Notes: generated by a model from the sequence alone, not told the origin. Positions 18,860 through 29,020 are shown, numbered from the stretch's first letter. The stretch: 64,000 nt of DNA from Gammaproteobacteria bacterium (GCA_030429735.1 JAUIET010000005.1:13905-77904), one strand, 5' to 3'. Program-made: numbers and translations.

Positions 18860-21541
18860 CTATTGGCCTTTCAAGCGCTCTAGCACAAACTGCAAAATAC
18901 CGCCGGCAAGGAAGTAATCAACCTCTACCGCGGTGTCGATACGCGACAGCAATTGAAACTCTTCGACGCAGCCATCCTCACGGTGTACACGCGCTTCAAA
19001 TACCTGTTTGGCCTGCATTCGTTGACCGTGTGCGCCAAGCCCCAGAATATCAATTCGATCAGTGATGCCCAGCTTCAGTGTTTCGCGAGTTTGCCCATTC
19101 ATGAACTGCAGCGGCAAAACACCCATGCCTACCAGGTTTGAGCGGTGTATACGTTCAAAGCTTTCCACAATGACTGCCTTAACCCCCAACAAAAGAGTTC
19201 CCTTGGCTGCCCAGTCGCGACTGGAGCCGGTACCGTATTCCTTGCCGGCAACCACCACTGTAGGCGTACCTTCCGCCATATACTGCATTGCTGCGTCATA
19301 AATTGACAATACTTCATCGCTGCCGGGTCGTTTGGTGTACCCCCCCTCGGTACCGGGTGCGAGTTGATTGCGAATTCGAATATTCGCGAAGGTACCGCGC
19401 ATCATTACCTCGTGATTGCCGCGTCGGGAACCGTAACTGTTGAAATCTCGTCGTTCAACGCCGTTGTCTGTCAGGTACTTCGCGGCTGGACTGTCAGCGG
19501 CAATTGATCCGGCGGGTGATATGTGATCGGTTGTCACTGAATCGCCTAACAGAGCAAGCAAGCGTGCACCGACAATATCCTGGTCTTTGCCTTGCGTGTA
19601 CTGCGGTTCAAAAAACGGCGGCAGTTGAATATACGTACTGGATTCCTGCCATTGGTAGGTTTTGCCTTGTACGGTAGGTACGGCCTGCCATTTATCATCG
19701 CCGGTAAACACGTCGGCATACTTGGCCGTGAACATGCTCTCATCAATTTTCGCAACTTCTGTGGCTATTTCCTCGTTGCTTGGCCAGATATCCTTCAGAT
19801 AAACCGGATTGCCTTCATTGTCTTTACCAAGCGGTTCGCTGCTCAGATTTATGCGCGTGCTACCGGCTAACGCATAGGCAACCACCAATGGCGGAGAGGC
19901 CAGCCAGTTCGCTTTCACCAGTTGGTGAATGCGGCCTTCAAAATTACGGTTACCTGACAAAACACTGGTTACTACCAGGTCATTGTCTTCAACTGTTTTG
20001 TGCACTGCTTCTGGTAGTGGTCCAGAATTACCAATACAGGTTGTGCAGCCATAGCCAACAGTATTAAAGCCGAGTTCATCAAGATATTGCTGCAAGTTGG
20101 ACTTTTCAAGATACTCAGTCACTACTTTGCTGCCAGGTGCCAAGGACGACTTGACCCAGGGTTTTCGTGTCAGACCTTTCTCAACTGCTTTTCGGGCAAG
20201 CAAACCGGCGCCCATCATTACTGCGGGGTTAGATGTGTTTGTGCAGCTGGTGATTGACGCGATCACTACATCACCGTGATTCAATGTGAAATCACCGCAG
20301 TTGAAATCCGTATCCATTTCGTCAGCTTTGCCATCAAGCTCAATAAAGTCTTCAATCGCCTTAGGCATTTCGCGCAAAGGCACGCGATCCTGGGGTCGCT
20401 TCGGCCCCGACAGGTTGGGTTCTACGGTACCAATGTCCAGACTCAAACCAGACGCAAATACAGGTGCAGGCGAATCCGCATCGCGCCACATTCCCTGCGC
20501 TTTGCAATACGTCTCTACCAGTTGTACTAGATCTTCCTCGCGCCCGCTCAAACGCATGTAATCTACCGTTTTCTGATCGATCGGGAAGAAGCCGCAAGTA
20601 GCACCATATTCAGGTGCCATATTTGCAATAGTGGCACGGTCTGCCAGCGGCAGAGTGTCGAGCGCGCTGCCATAAAATTCAACGAACTTGCCAACTACAC
20701 CGTGTTCGCGCAGCATCTGCACTACCTGCAGCACCAAATCAGTGGCGGTGATGCCCTCACTTAATTGACCAGTTAGTTCGAACCCGACCACTTCAGGGAT
20801 TAGCATAGACACCGGTTGGCCAAGCATGGCAGCTTCGGCTTCAATGCCGCCAACACCCCAGCCCAGTACTCCAAGGCCATTGATCATGGTGGTATGGGAA
20901 TCAGTGCCCACCAGGGTGTCGGGGTAGGCTAGCGTTTGACCATTGTGCTCCGAGCTCCAAATAGCTTTGGCAATGTATTCCAGGTTCACTTGATGACAAA
21001 TGCCAGTGCCAGGCGGTACCAGACTGAAGTTATCGAACGCAGCTTGCCCCCATTTCAAAAACTGATAGCGCTCCGCGTTACGCTGCATTTCCAGCTCAAC
21101 ATTGTGATCAAAGGCGTCTTCTGACGCAAACTGGTCAATCACTACCGAATGATCGATCACCAGATCAACCGGCGATAACGGGTTGATATTGGAAGGGTCA
21201 ACCCCGGCCTTTTGAAGCGCATCGCGCATGGCCGCAAGATCTACAACCGCGGGTACACCTGTAAAGTCTTGCATTAACACTCGCGCCGGATGGTACGCAA
21301 TTTCTACCTCGCGCCGGGTAACCGCACTTTGTGCCAACGCCTTAATATCGTCAACGGTGCAGGCAACGCCGTCTTCATGCCGCAACAGATTCTCAAGCAG
21401 CACCTTGATCGAATTAGGCAGACGGGAAATATCAGCCAGATCCGCTATCTTTTTCGCGCTAAGGCTGTAATACCCGTAAGTCTTTCCCTGTACATCGAGA
21501 GTTTGGTAGCTGTCAAAACTGTTGTTGCTGGTTCCATTCAT
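18860..21541 (-). CDS. acnA: Aconitate hydratase A
   Basis: 893 aa with [36 protein letters not shown] and [11 protein letters not shown] Fe-S ligand motifs. Confidence 0.93.
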   Translation of the reverse strand: MNGTSNNSFDSYQTLDVQGKTYGYYSLSAKKIADLADISRLPNSIKVLLENLLRHEDGVACTVDDIKALAQSAVTRREVEIAYHPARVLMQDFTGVPAVVDLAAMRDALQKAGVDPSNINPLSPVDLVIDHSVVIDQFASEDAFDHNVELEMQRNAERYQFLKWGQAAFDNFSLVPPGTGICHQVNLEYIAKAIWSSEHNGQTLAYPDTLVGTDSHTTMINGLGVLGWGVGGIEAEAAMLGQPVSMLIPEVVGFELTGQLSEGITATDLVLQVVQMLREHGVVGKFVEFYGSALDTLPLADRATIANMAPEYGATCGFFPIDQKTVDYMRLSGREEDLVQLVETYCKAQGMWRDADSPAPVFASGLSLDIGTVEPNLSGPKRPQDRVPLREMPKAIEDFIELDGKADEMDTDFNCGDFTLNHGDVVIASITSCTNTSNPAVMMGAGLLARKAVEKGLTRKPWVKSSLAPGSKVVTEYLEKSNLQQYLDELGFNTVGYGCTTCIGNSGPLPEAVHKTVEDNDLVVTSVLSGNRNFEGRIHQLVKANWLASPPLVVAYALAGSTRINLSSEPLGKDNEGNPVYLKDIWPSNEEIATEVAKIDESMFTAKYADVFTGDDKWQAVPTVQGKTYQWQESSTYIQLPPFFEPQYTQGKDQDIVGARLLALLGDSVTTDHISPAGSIAADSPAAKYLTDNGVERRDFNSYGSRRGNHEVMMRGTFANIRIRNQLAPGTEGGYTKRPGSDEVLSIYDAAMQYMAEGTPTVVVAGKEYGTGSSRDWAAKGTLLLGVKAVIVESFERIHRSNLVGMGVLPLQFMNGQTRETLKLGITDRIDILGLGAHGQRMQAKQVFEARVHREDGCVEEFQLLSRIDTAVEVDYFLAGGILQFVLERLKGQ

Positions 21542-21606
21542 TTAAATTCTCCGGATGGTTTAACATACCATGACATAAAGTGCAGCTAAGAGTATCAGAG
21601 AACCGA

Positions 21607-22272
21607 ATGAATCAACAATCTACTCGATTTTTTGATCGAATAACAATTTACAGTGCGCAAGCTGCGCGTCTGCGCGCTGAAATGGCGCTGCTTTTTGGTG
21701 CAGACGCTGGCTTATTCAGGCTGGGAAATACCGATATTGAGGTGGTCTCTGGCAATCCACACTCTCTGAAGGGAAGAGCAGCGCTAGTTGGCGGCATATC
21801 GCTTTACACAGATGCCCGACATCTTCCGGCAGACAGAAGAGGCTTGCTCATTCAACCAGCACAGCGCCCTGCAGACCTGATAACCCGGGTAGCGGCAACT
21901 GAGCCGGGCATCCAGTCGGTTGATCACCTGGTGCTGCGAACCGGAGATGCCGATGACTGCATACGATTATTCAGAGACGATATTGGTATGCGGCTGGCGC
22001 TAGATCAAACCGTGCAAGAATGGGGCGGACGAATGCTGTTTTTTCGCGAAGGTGGTATGACGCTGGAAGTGATAGAAAACAGCAGCAAACGACCCGAGCA
22101 GGATTTTTTCTGGGGCATTTGCTACCGCTGTGGGGATATCGATGCTGTGCATGCCGAGCTGGTAGCCAGGGGCGTTTTACTTAGTGATATTCGAGAGGGC
22201 AGAAAGCCGGGTACACGAGTTGCAACGATTAAATCGCATGTTGGCGGCGTGCCCAGTTTGTTGCTTGGGTGA
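21607..22272 (+). CDS. VOC (glyoxalase/bleomycin-resistance/dioxygenase) family protein
   Basis: SVDHLVLRTGDADDCIRLFRDDIGMRLA...MTLEVIE pattern. ATG 21607 preferred. Confidence 0.6.
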   Translation: MNQQSTRFFDRITIYSAQAARLRAEMALLFGADAGLFRLGNTDIEVVSGNPHSLKGRAALVGGISLYTDARHLPADRRGLLIQPAQRPADLITRVAATEPGIQSVDHLVLRTGDADDCIRLFRDDIGMRLALDQTVQEWGGRMLFFREGGMTLEVIENSSKRPEQDFFWGICYRCGDIDAVHAELVARGVLLSDIREGRKPGTRVATIKSHVGGVPSLLLG

Positions 22273-22277
22273 ACCTT

Positions 22278-22457
22278 GGGCAGCTCTGAAAAATACCCAA
22301 TGCCTCTGCGCGACAGGCCGCGCCCTCCGGGGCTTACAGGCGAATCCAGCCTTTTCGTTGCGAGTTTTTGGCGTACGGCCAGTATGCCTGCAAACTCGCG
22401 CCTCAATGCTGGATTCGCCTGTAAGCCAGAGGCATCGGGTATTTTTCAGAGCTGCCC
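22278..22457. repeat. Nested-palindrome MITE/REP-like element, copy 3 (short variant lacking module A)
   Basis: Same terminal repeats and module B as copy 1, but the roughly 84-bp hairpin module A is precisely absent (ctgcgcgac|aggccgcgcc). Confidence 0.9.
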
Positions 22458-22460
22458 TTG

Positions 22461-22943
22461 TTATTTGCAGTACTTGTTTAGCGCCTTATTGAGTTGACGA
22501 AGCACCTCTGCACGCTCTTCGTCGCTGTAATACTTTCGCTCGCCACTTTTGTCCTCAGTATAAATAACGCCGTGCTGCTGATATTCGCGTTTGCGTTGGC
22601 GCAGTTGCTGACAGGCATGCTGGCGCTTTTGCTTCGTCTGCCTTTGCTTAGCGCTGTTCTTCTCTTCAATCGCCGCTTCGGTCGCGGCCGCCTCACGATT
22701 TCGTTTAATGTACTCGCGATAAGCGTCCAGTTCTTTATTTTTGCGGGTGTTATGAACCTTTACATCAACCTTCGCTGCATCCTTAGCGTTCTCCGGTTTC
22801 TGGTCGGTATAATGAATATTGCCCTGCTCATCCACCCACTTATAAACCTCAGCCGCAGTGACTGCCTTACTAAGTAGTATCAATATGCTCAATTGGCATG
22901 CAGTGACCGCAAGTACTCTCTGAATTTTTGTTCTTTCCGGCAT
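22461..22943 (-). CDS. DUF4124 domain protein with K/R/E/Q-rich C-terminus
   Basis: Signal or anchor segment, then the VYKWVDEQGNIHYTDQKPE motif (DUF4124). ATG 22943 preferred over the longer ORF. Confidence 0.7.
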   Translation of the reverse strand: MPERTKIQRVLAVTACQLSILILLSKAVTAAEVYKWVDEQGNIHYTDQKPENAKDAAKVDVKVHNTRKNKELDAYREYIKRNREAAATEAAIEEKNSAKQRQTKQKRQHACQQLRQRKREYQQHGVIYTEDKSGERKYYSDEERAEVLRQLNKALNKYCK

Positions 22944-22994
22944 TTGGCTGTGTAATAATCCGCTCAATCGTACCTTACTAGGAGAATAGACCAA

Positions 22995-23366
22995 ATGATT
23001 GGTTACGTAACGATTGGCGTCACAGATATGGAGCGCGCCAAGGCCTTTTGGTCAGAACTGTTAGCCGATATGGGATGCACTGTGTTGTTTGATATGGGTC
23101 GCATCGCAATGCTGGGCCGCAGCATGGAAGAACCTATGCTGGCCGTATGCATACCCTACGATGAAGGCGAGCAAAACCCTGGCAACGGCAACATGGTTGC
23201 CTTCGCACCCGGTTCGCGGGAAATGATCGACAAGCTGTATGCCAAAGCGCTGGAACTGGGCGGCACTGATGAAGGTGAGCCCGGGGTGCGTGTGGAAGAT
23301 GTATTTTATGGCGCTTATTTTCGTGATCCTGATGGGAATAAGGCGGTGTTTTACGAGATGGGCTGA
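22995..23366 (+). CDS. VOC family protein (glyoxalase-like)
   Basis: MIGYVTIGVTDMERAKAFW...YGAYFRDPDGNKAVFYEM. Confidence 0.75.
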   Translation: MIGYVTIGVTDMERAKAFWSELLADMGCTVLFDMGRIAMLGRSMEEPMLAVCIPYDEGEQNPGNGNMVAFAPGSREMIDKLYAKALELGGTDEGEPGVRVEDVFYGAYFRDPDGNKAVFYEMG

Positions 23367-23468
23367 GGGTTGGTGGCACTGGGTCAAACACCGGTCTCGC
23401 AGTTACATCAATTTGTTGTTTGCTTTTGCGGTTTTTTTGCCGAATTCTCTAATGTCATGGTCGCCAAG

Positions 23469-24347
23469 CTACAAAGTCTCAAGCAAATCCGCGTAACGAT
23501 TCAGACTAGCCTGCATTCGCGCGTGCTGTTCCGCGTCCATTGTTTTAAAAATATCGTGCAGCCCGTCAACCAGCAATCGCCGGTTACTTTCCACTTGATA
23601 CGGAGCAAAATTCTCAAGCAACGTACTGCTGGTCAAAAGATGCTCCAGAACCGCATCGTATGACACGCTTCGCTTGTTTAGCCGCTGCAAAAGTTCAATG
23701 AACTGACCATTCCACTCCGTCTCAAGCCGCAGCTCTTCCCATGGGTTGCTTTGCCATTGGGTGGCAATAGTCTGTATTCTGGATTTTTGTGCTTTGGTCA
23801 GCGGCACGTCAAGAAAATCTGTAAACAATCCGACCATTTCATTACGGCGTTCGCGAATCAGTTTTTCTGTGCCGTTGCCCCGGTGCAAGCGCTTCAGGTC
23901 CCGTTCCATGTCGACAATTTCGTCCTGCAAGGTTTCCTCGATCTGTACGATCTGGGCAATACTCAGTGAGCTGAACAATTCATCAAGCCGCGGCCATGGC
24001 GCATTTTCCATGTTTTTCATAGCCTGTTCGATCCGGTCGAGCTTGGCTCTTATAAGCTCACGTTGGAGTAATGCGCCACTGGCCGATGCGTTCGCGATAT
24101 CGCGTAATACGCGCGCATAGATTGGGAGTTGCGTCGTTCGATGCCAGTGGTGCAAGTCGTCTGCTACGGTTTCGATCAACTGGCTTTGGTGTTGGTCGAA
24201 GTCGGCGTATTCATGCACATCATCAATGAACGAGTCTCCCAGCCCCTCGTACATGTTTTTTACCATGAACTCCGAGCTGCATGCGCTACTCAATAGAATG
24301 ATGATGCCGAGACCAACGAAGCGTTTAAATTCTTTAGGTGATTTCAT
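23469..24347 (-). CDS. Lipoprotein, DUF6279-like
   Basis: Lipobox LLSSACSS. The YEGLGDSFIDDVHEYADFDQHQ...LHHWHRTTQLPIYARVL pattern suggests the family. GGAGAG SD before ATG 24347. Lies 17 nt downstream of the TonB-dependent receptor gene. Confidence 0.55.
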   Translation of the reverse strand: MKSPKEFKRFVGLGIIILLSSACSSEFMVKNMYEGLGDSFIDDVHEYADFDQHQSQLIETVADDLHHWHRTTQLPIYARVLRDIANASASGALLQRELIRAKLDRIEQAMKNMENAPWPRLDELFSSLSIAQIVQIEETLQDEIVDMERDLKRLHRGNGTEKLIRERRNEMVGLFTDFLDVPLTKAQKSRIQTIATQWQSNPWEELRLETEWNGQFIELLQRLNKRSVSYDAVLEHLLTSSTLLENFAPYQVESNRRLLVDGLHDIFKTMDAEQHARMQASLNRYADLLETL

Positions 24348-24364
24348 GTTTCTCTCCGAATGTA

Positions 24365-26413
24365 TCAAAAGGTAAGCCTGATGCCGATCGACGGCAGTAG
24401 CCCGTAACTGTCTTCTTTCTCCAATGCAAACTCAGATGAATTCGCGACAGGCTTGTAGACCACCGAACCGCCGTTGTCTCGTCCGTATGCATTGATAATG
24501 TCGATGTAATACGAGCCCTCCGCGCCCCATAATGTGAGTGGATGCTCGGCGCGCAAGTCCAGCCGATGGTAGTTGCTGGCTCGTTCGCTGTTAAGCGCGC
24601 CATACACTGGTCGGTAGAAGCCCGGGAAATCCGGGTTTTCTTCATTGCCGATAATAGGTGTGAATGGCAGGCCGCTGCGGTAATTCCAGCGCGCACCGAG
24701 GTTCCAGCGACCCAGCTGGTAATTGAGCACGGCTTTGATAACCAAAGGTGTATCGTAGTCGGCTTTAGTGATCTGTGCATTCAATGAGTTTCGCCTTTCC
24801 GAGCGCGCGTAGCTGAATGACAGCCAGCCGTACCAGGGAGAATCAGCGACCTGGCGGCGTAGCATTAGCTCAGCGCCGTACGCTTTCCCATTGGCCGCAT
24901 TGAGATAATTGCGCTGGTCGTCGACATCAACCGCGAGCTTTTTCAGGTCTTTATAATAGACATCGGCATCAACAAACCAGTGTTCGGCTAATTTCCCACT
25001 GAGCCCAAGCAGGTAGTGGCTGGACTCAGGTGAATCCAGGTCTGGGTTACCGATGACAGGCACAATTTCATCGGCGTCCGGGAGTTGATGGTAACGACCC
25101 CATGCACCGTTAAAGGCCCAGTTTGCATCCAGAGCCCAGCTTAGCGTCAGTCTTGGTTCGACATGCGTTTCGCCAAGATAGGACGTGTGCTGCCAACGTA
25201 CTCCCGGTGTAATCACCAGGCGATCGGTGGCGGCCCACTGGGCGCTGGCGTGCACCGCAGACGTACTCAGTGACTGTGCATCAGTTTGCTCAAGTAATTC
25301 GCCAGGGACTGTGTCGCAGTCGGTGGAAAATTCGGAACAGCTTCGGTAACGCGCATTGAAATCGTAGTCCACATCGTAGTCACGGTATTCAATACCTGAT
25401 GCCAGTTCCAGAGAGTCGTTGAATTGGAAATGATAAGTGCTTTTGACCGTCAAGCTGCGACTGTCGATGTTCAGGTACTCGCTACCGTTTGCGATTCGAT
25501 CGCGGCGCGACTCATTCAACTGACCTATTGCAGTCTGCCAGTAGTGACGTCCATAGTCTGCAATCCAGTTCGCTCCAATACTGCGAAACTCTGTATCCAA
25601 CGATGCAGTGCCTGATGACCCGGGGTCGATCAGGGCTTCATCGGATTGATCGCCAATATCGACCGCACCGCGGTCGCTGGCACCGAGTGCCAACACAGAA
25701 ATACTGTGCTGGTTGCTGGGGCGCCACATGTATTTGGCCTGGTAGTCTGAAGCACGCGGGTACTGCTTGAATTCAATGTCATCATCGTCTTCTTCCTTGT
25801 CAGCGTCTTCTATTGCCTTGATAAGTAGATGCACCAGACTCTCACGCGCTGATACATAGAACGTATGGTCTTTCGCGATAGAGCCCTCGAACATCAAGCC
25901 TGCGCGCAGAAAGCTGGCGTCAACGGTTGTTTGAACGGGTTGCGCCCGCGGATCCCTCAGGGCCACATCGAATACGGCACCGTTGGCGTCGCCGTATTGC
26001 GCACCAAAGCCACCGGGCTGGAAACCGAAATCCCGGATCAGGTTTTCATTAAATATGCTGTTGCCAAAATCATGAAACACATAGGCAGCTGGCAAAAAGT
26101 CGATATTGAAGGCATTGTCGCGTGGACTGGAGCCACGTACTGCAGGTTCTCCATCATCGGTTTCAAGAACCCCTGGCAGCGAGTAAATGGCTGACAGCGG
26201 GTCGCCCAGCGTGCCAGGTACCTTGAGTAACTGTTGTGTCAATTGCGTGGGTTCAGTCGCTGGGCCTGTTTCCTGGCCTTGCACGTTCAGCTCTTCCATC
26301 GCAGGCGTTTCGCTGTCTAAGGCGGCTGCTGAAACCTGAACGGTGTAAGCGCAGGCTGCCAAGGCAATCAGTGATAGGCGAGCGCGGGTGTTAGATCGGT
26401 GTAGAGTGCTCAA
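24365..26413 (-). CDS. TonB-dependent outer-membrane receptor
   Basis: Signal peptide, plug region (PGVLETDDGEPAVRGSSPRDN), a long beta-rich barrel, and a C-terminal ...SIGIRLTF with terminal Phe. Confidence 0.85.
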   Translation of the reverse strand: MSTLHRSNTRARLSLIALAACAYTVQVSAAALDSETPAMEELNVQGQETGPATEPTQLTQQLLKVPGTLGDPLSAIYSLPGVLETDDGEPAVRGSSPRDNAFNIDFLPAAYVFHDFGNSIFNENLIRDFGFQPGGFGAQYGDANGAVFDVALRDPRAQPVQTTVDASFLRAGLMFEGSIAKDHTFYVSARESLVHLLIKAIEDADKEEDDDDIEFKQYPRASDYQAKYMWRPSNQHSISVLALGASDRGAVDIGDQSDEALIDPGSSGTASLDTEFRSIGANWIADYGRHYWQTAIGQLNESRRDRIANGSEYLNIDSRSLTVKSTYHFQFNDSLELASGIEYRDYDVDYDFNARYRSCSEFSTDCDTVPGELLEQTDAQSLSTSAVHASAQWAATDRLVITPGVRWQHTSYLGETHVEPRLTLSWALDANWAFNGAWGRYHQLPDADEIVPVIGNPDLDSPESSHYLLGLSGKLAEHWFVDADVYYKDLKKLAVDVDDQRNYLNAANGKAYGAELMLRRQVADSPWYGWLSFSYARSERRNSLNAQITKADYDTPLVIKAVLNYQLGRWNLGARWNYRSGLPFTPIIGNEENPDFPGFYRPVYGALNSERASNYHRLDLRAEHPLTLWGAEGSYYIDIINAYGRDNGGSVVYKPVANSSEFALEKEDSYGLLPSIGIRLTF

Positions 26414-26499
26414 TGGTTTGCTCCGTGATGTGCTAGGGAGCAGTGTATGGCGGCAATACTGTTACGTCTGTTGTTGGATTGTCCCGGTTTGTTGGCCTA

Positions 26500-26513
26500 T
26501 GTAACGGTGTGTA
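26500..26513 (-). promoter_or_regulatory. RstA-box-like site upstream of the TonB-dependent receptor gene
   Basis: The minus strand reads TACACACCGTTACA, matching 12 of 14 positions of TACATNTNGTTACA. It lies 87-100 nt upstream of the receptor start codon. Confidence 0.35.
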
Positions 26514-26524
26514 TCACGCCAGGA

Positions 26525-28120
26525 CTAGGAATCCCTCGGTAGCCGCAGTAAAAACTCAGCGCCACCCATACTTGAGGTACGGATAGTGATGGTGCCACCC
26601 AGCCATTGGCAAATGCGTTTTACGATGGCAAGGCCCAGACCGTAGCCGCCTTCGTCCCTGTGTCTACTGCTGTCGGTTCGGACGAACGGCTCAAATATTC
26701 GTTGCCGCAAGTCCTCGGGAATGCCTGGTCCGTCGTCAGCCACGCTAAGACAAAAGTGACTGGTGTCGACAGTCACTGTGCAGAGAATCTTTGAATGTGC
26801 ATGCCTTGCGGCATTGCGAAGCAGGTTTCTAACTGCCCGTTGCAATAATCGCGGTTCCACATAAGCATGCATTGTTTGCTGAGTGCAGGGTTCGGGTGTG
26901 ACTACCTCATATTGCACTTCGCTGAAGTCAGCCATTTCCTGCGCAATCAAATCATTTAACCAGCTTTTGATCTCAATTTCGGTTTTATGTAGCTCGGGTG
27001 CTGGCCGGTCCATACGAGAATAGGTCAGCAGTTCGTTGACCATATCCTCCAACTCTTTCACATCGGCTTGCATGCCCGCCGTGTAGCGTTGCTGGTCTTG
27101 CTCGGAATTGGTTTCTTCAAGCATATCGAGTGCAAATTGCATTCGGCTGATTGGCGTTCTCAACTCATGAGAGACGGCGTCGGTCAATTCTTTATGTGAA
27201 TTCAATAATTGGCCGATTCGATCGGCCATGGAATTAAACGTATCGGCCAGATCTGCAACTCGCGATCGTCGCGATACCTTAACCCGCTGTTCCAATTCGC
27301 CACTGCCCAGTGCGGACGCGGCCGTGCGAAGCGCAGACAAATCCAGCCACAGCGGTTTTATCCAGAAGAACAACACGATTGCTAACAGTGACGCGAGAAT
27401 TAACAAGGCCAAACTGGTGACAATGGCCGATGAGATACCCTCTGTGATGGGTCCGATCTGCAGCGCAAGATCGCTGTTGGCGAGTGTGCGAAAGTAACGT
27501 TCCGTATCACCCTCTATGTCGTACCAAACCAATTCCCCGCGCTTAAGTTTGGCAAGATCAGTCTCGTCAACCGCCGCATCTTCAACCGGAGTGATAAGCA
27601 CAGGAAAATTCGCATGCTGCGCATAGCTTTCGATAAGCGCTGGCCAGTTTTCTGGCGGGCTGCTCCCCAATTGCTGTTCGATCATGGAGATAAAACCCAG
27701 AATCGTTCGCTCTGCATGCTCAGTATTGCTTTGCTCTATGTCCATGCGCACCACCAGGTCGGTGGGTGCAAAAGGCAGCAACATATACTCGACGTCCTCG
27801 CGCTCATCCTCACCAACGGCCACCAGGTTCTGGCTCAGCCTGGCGCTCACCTGTTCATCGTTGGCAAAATCCTGCAGCACGTGCAGCCGAAGAGGGTAGC
27901 CAAACTGACTGCTTTTTGCCTCAAGAACACCGCGCCATTGGCTGGACGGAGTATCTTTCAATTCTTGCTCCAGAATGTATTGCGGCAGCGAGGCAATACC
28001 GTGCGCATGCTCATACAGGCGCTTCTGTACTACACCTTCCACCAGCATCGGTATCCCAAACACAAAGCCGGCCAGCGTGAACGCAATCAGCAAATATAAT
28101 GAAATAAAGATGCGCCACAT
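26525..28120 (-). CDS. Two-component sensor histidine kinase (RstB-like, enlarged periplasmic domain)
   Basis: Two TM segments flank a periplasmic domain of about 190 aa. HAMP domain, H-box SHELRTPISRM, N-box LLRNAARHA, and G-boxes DDGPGIP and GGYGLGLAIV. Confidence 0.85.
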   Translation of the reverse strand: MWRIFISLYLLIAFTLAGFVFGIPMLVEGVVQKRLYEHAHGIASLPQYILEQELKDTPSSQWRGVLEAKSSQFGYPLRLHVLQDFANDEQVSARLSQNLVAVGEDEREDVEYMLLPFAPTDLVVRMDIEQSNTEHAERTILGFISMIEQQLGSSPPENWPALIESYAQHANFPVLITPVEDAAVDETDLAKLKRGELVWYDIEGDTERYFRTLANSDLALQIGPITEGISSAIVTSLALLILASLLAIVLFFWIKPLWLDLSALRTAASALGSGELEQRVKVSRRSRVADLADTFNSMADRIGQLLNSHKELTDAVSHELRTPISRMQFALDMLEETNSEQDQQRYTAGMQADVKELEDMVNELLTYSRMDRPAPELHKTEIEIKSWLNDLIAQEMADFSEVQYEVVTPEPCTQQTMHAYVEPRLLQRAVRNLLRNAARHAHSKILCTVTVDTSHFCLSVADDGPGIPEDLRQRIFEPFVRTDSSRHRDEGGYGLGLAIVKRICQWLGGTITIRTSSMGGAEFLLRLPRDS

Positions 28121-28127
28121 GGCGGTA

Positions 28128-28832
28128 TCAGTTCCAGCTGTCGGCTACAAACAAATAGCCTTTATTACGAACCGTTTTAATCCGTTTCGCCGGCTGTGCG
28201 TCATCACCGAGTTTGCGCCGCAGGCGTGAAACAGCAATGTCTACCGAACGATCGATGCCGTCGTACTCGATGCCTCTTAGTGTGCGCAGAATTTTGTCTC
28301 TGTCCAGAACGCTGCCGGCATTGCCGGCCAACAAAGCAAGCACATCAAATTCGCCGGTTGAGAGTTCGATGTGTTGCTCATCAAGCTGAACCTCTCGGCC
28401 TGCCAGGTCGATACGCAAGGTACCAAAGTTTAGGTTCTCCAGCTTGACACTGGGACGTTGTGCGTTGGCCCGACGTAAGTGCGCATTGATGCGCGCGAGT
28501 AACAGACGTGGTTGTACGGGTTTGTTGATGTAATCATCCGCGCCAAGTTCCAGGCCAACGATCTGGTCAATGTCTTCATCGCGCGCGGTCAGCATTAGAA
28601 TGGGGGCGGTGTAGTGCTGTCGCACTCTGCGGCATACCTCAAGGCCGTCTATACCAGGAAGCATAATGTCCAACACCAGCAGATCGGGTTTGCTTTCAAG
28701 AATGTCGTCGACAGCAAGATCGCCACGCCCTTGAATACGAACGCGAAACCCATGCTTGGTCAGGTATTCTTGCATCAGGTCTGCCAGACGTTCGTCATCT
28801 TCGACCAGAAGTACGTAAGGTGTGTTATCCAT
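28128..28832 (-). CDS. rstA: OmpR-family response regulator, RstA-like
   Basis: Receiver motifs VLLVEDD...LLVLDIMLPGIDG. The C-terminus LRGIEYDGIDRSVDIAVSRLRRKL...RIKTVRNKGYLF closely parallels E. coli RstA as I recall it. Confidence 0.75.
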   Translation of the reverse strand: MDNTPYVLLVEDDERLADLMQEYLTKHGFRVRIQGRGDLAVDDILESKPDLLVLDIMLPGIDGLEVCRRVRQHYTAPILMLTARDEDIDQIVGLELGADDYINKPVQPRLLLARINAHLRRANAQRPSVKLENLNFGTLRIDLAGREVQLDEQHIELSTGEFDVLALLAGNAGSVLDRDKILRTLRGIEYDGIDRSVDIAVSRLRRKLGDDAQPAKRIKTVRNKGYLFVADSWN

Positions 28833-28908
28833 TGTTGCCAGCTATCAATATCACGTTGTTGAAGTGTGCCACATAAGTTGTATTTGTCTGTACTGGCGTG
28901 TTTTCGAA

Positions 28909-28943
28909 TGTAACGGAATGTAGCCGCGATACATATCGTTACG
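28909..28943. promoter_or_regulatory. Pair of inverted RstA-box-like sites in the rstA / serine-hydrolase divergent promoter
   Basis: TGTAACGGAATGTA (28909..28922) and TACATATCGTTACG (28930..28943) each match 13 of 14 positions of TACATNTNGTTACA or its complement. The pair is centred at about 28926, the midpoint between start codons 28832 and 29021. Confidence 0.55.
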
Positions 28944-29020
28944 CGCCGCTACCTGCGCCAACAGACTATCGCCTGTAAGCCATTTAGTCTAACCCCGTAT
29001 CAACATTCGAGGAGTAGAAC

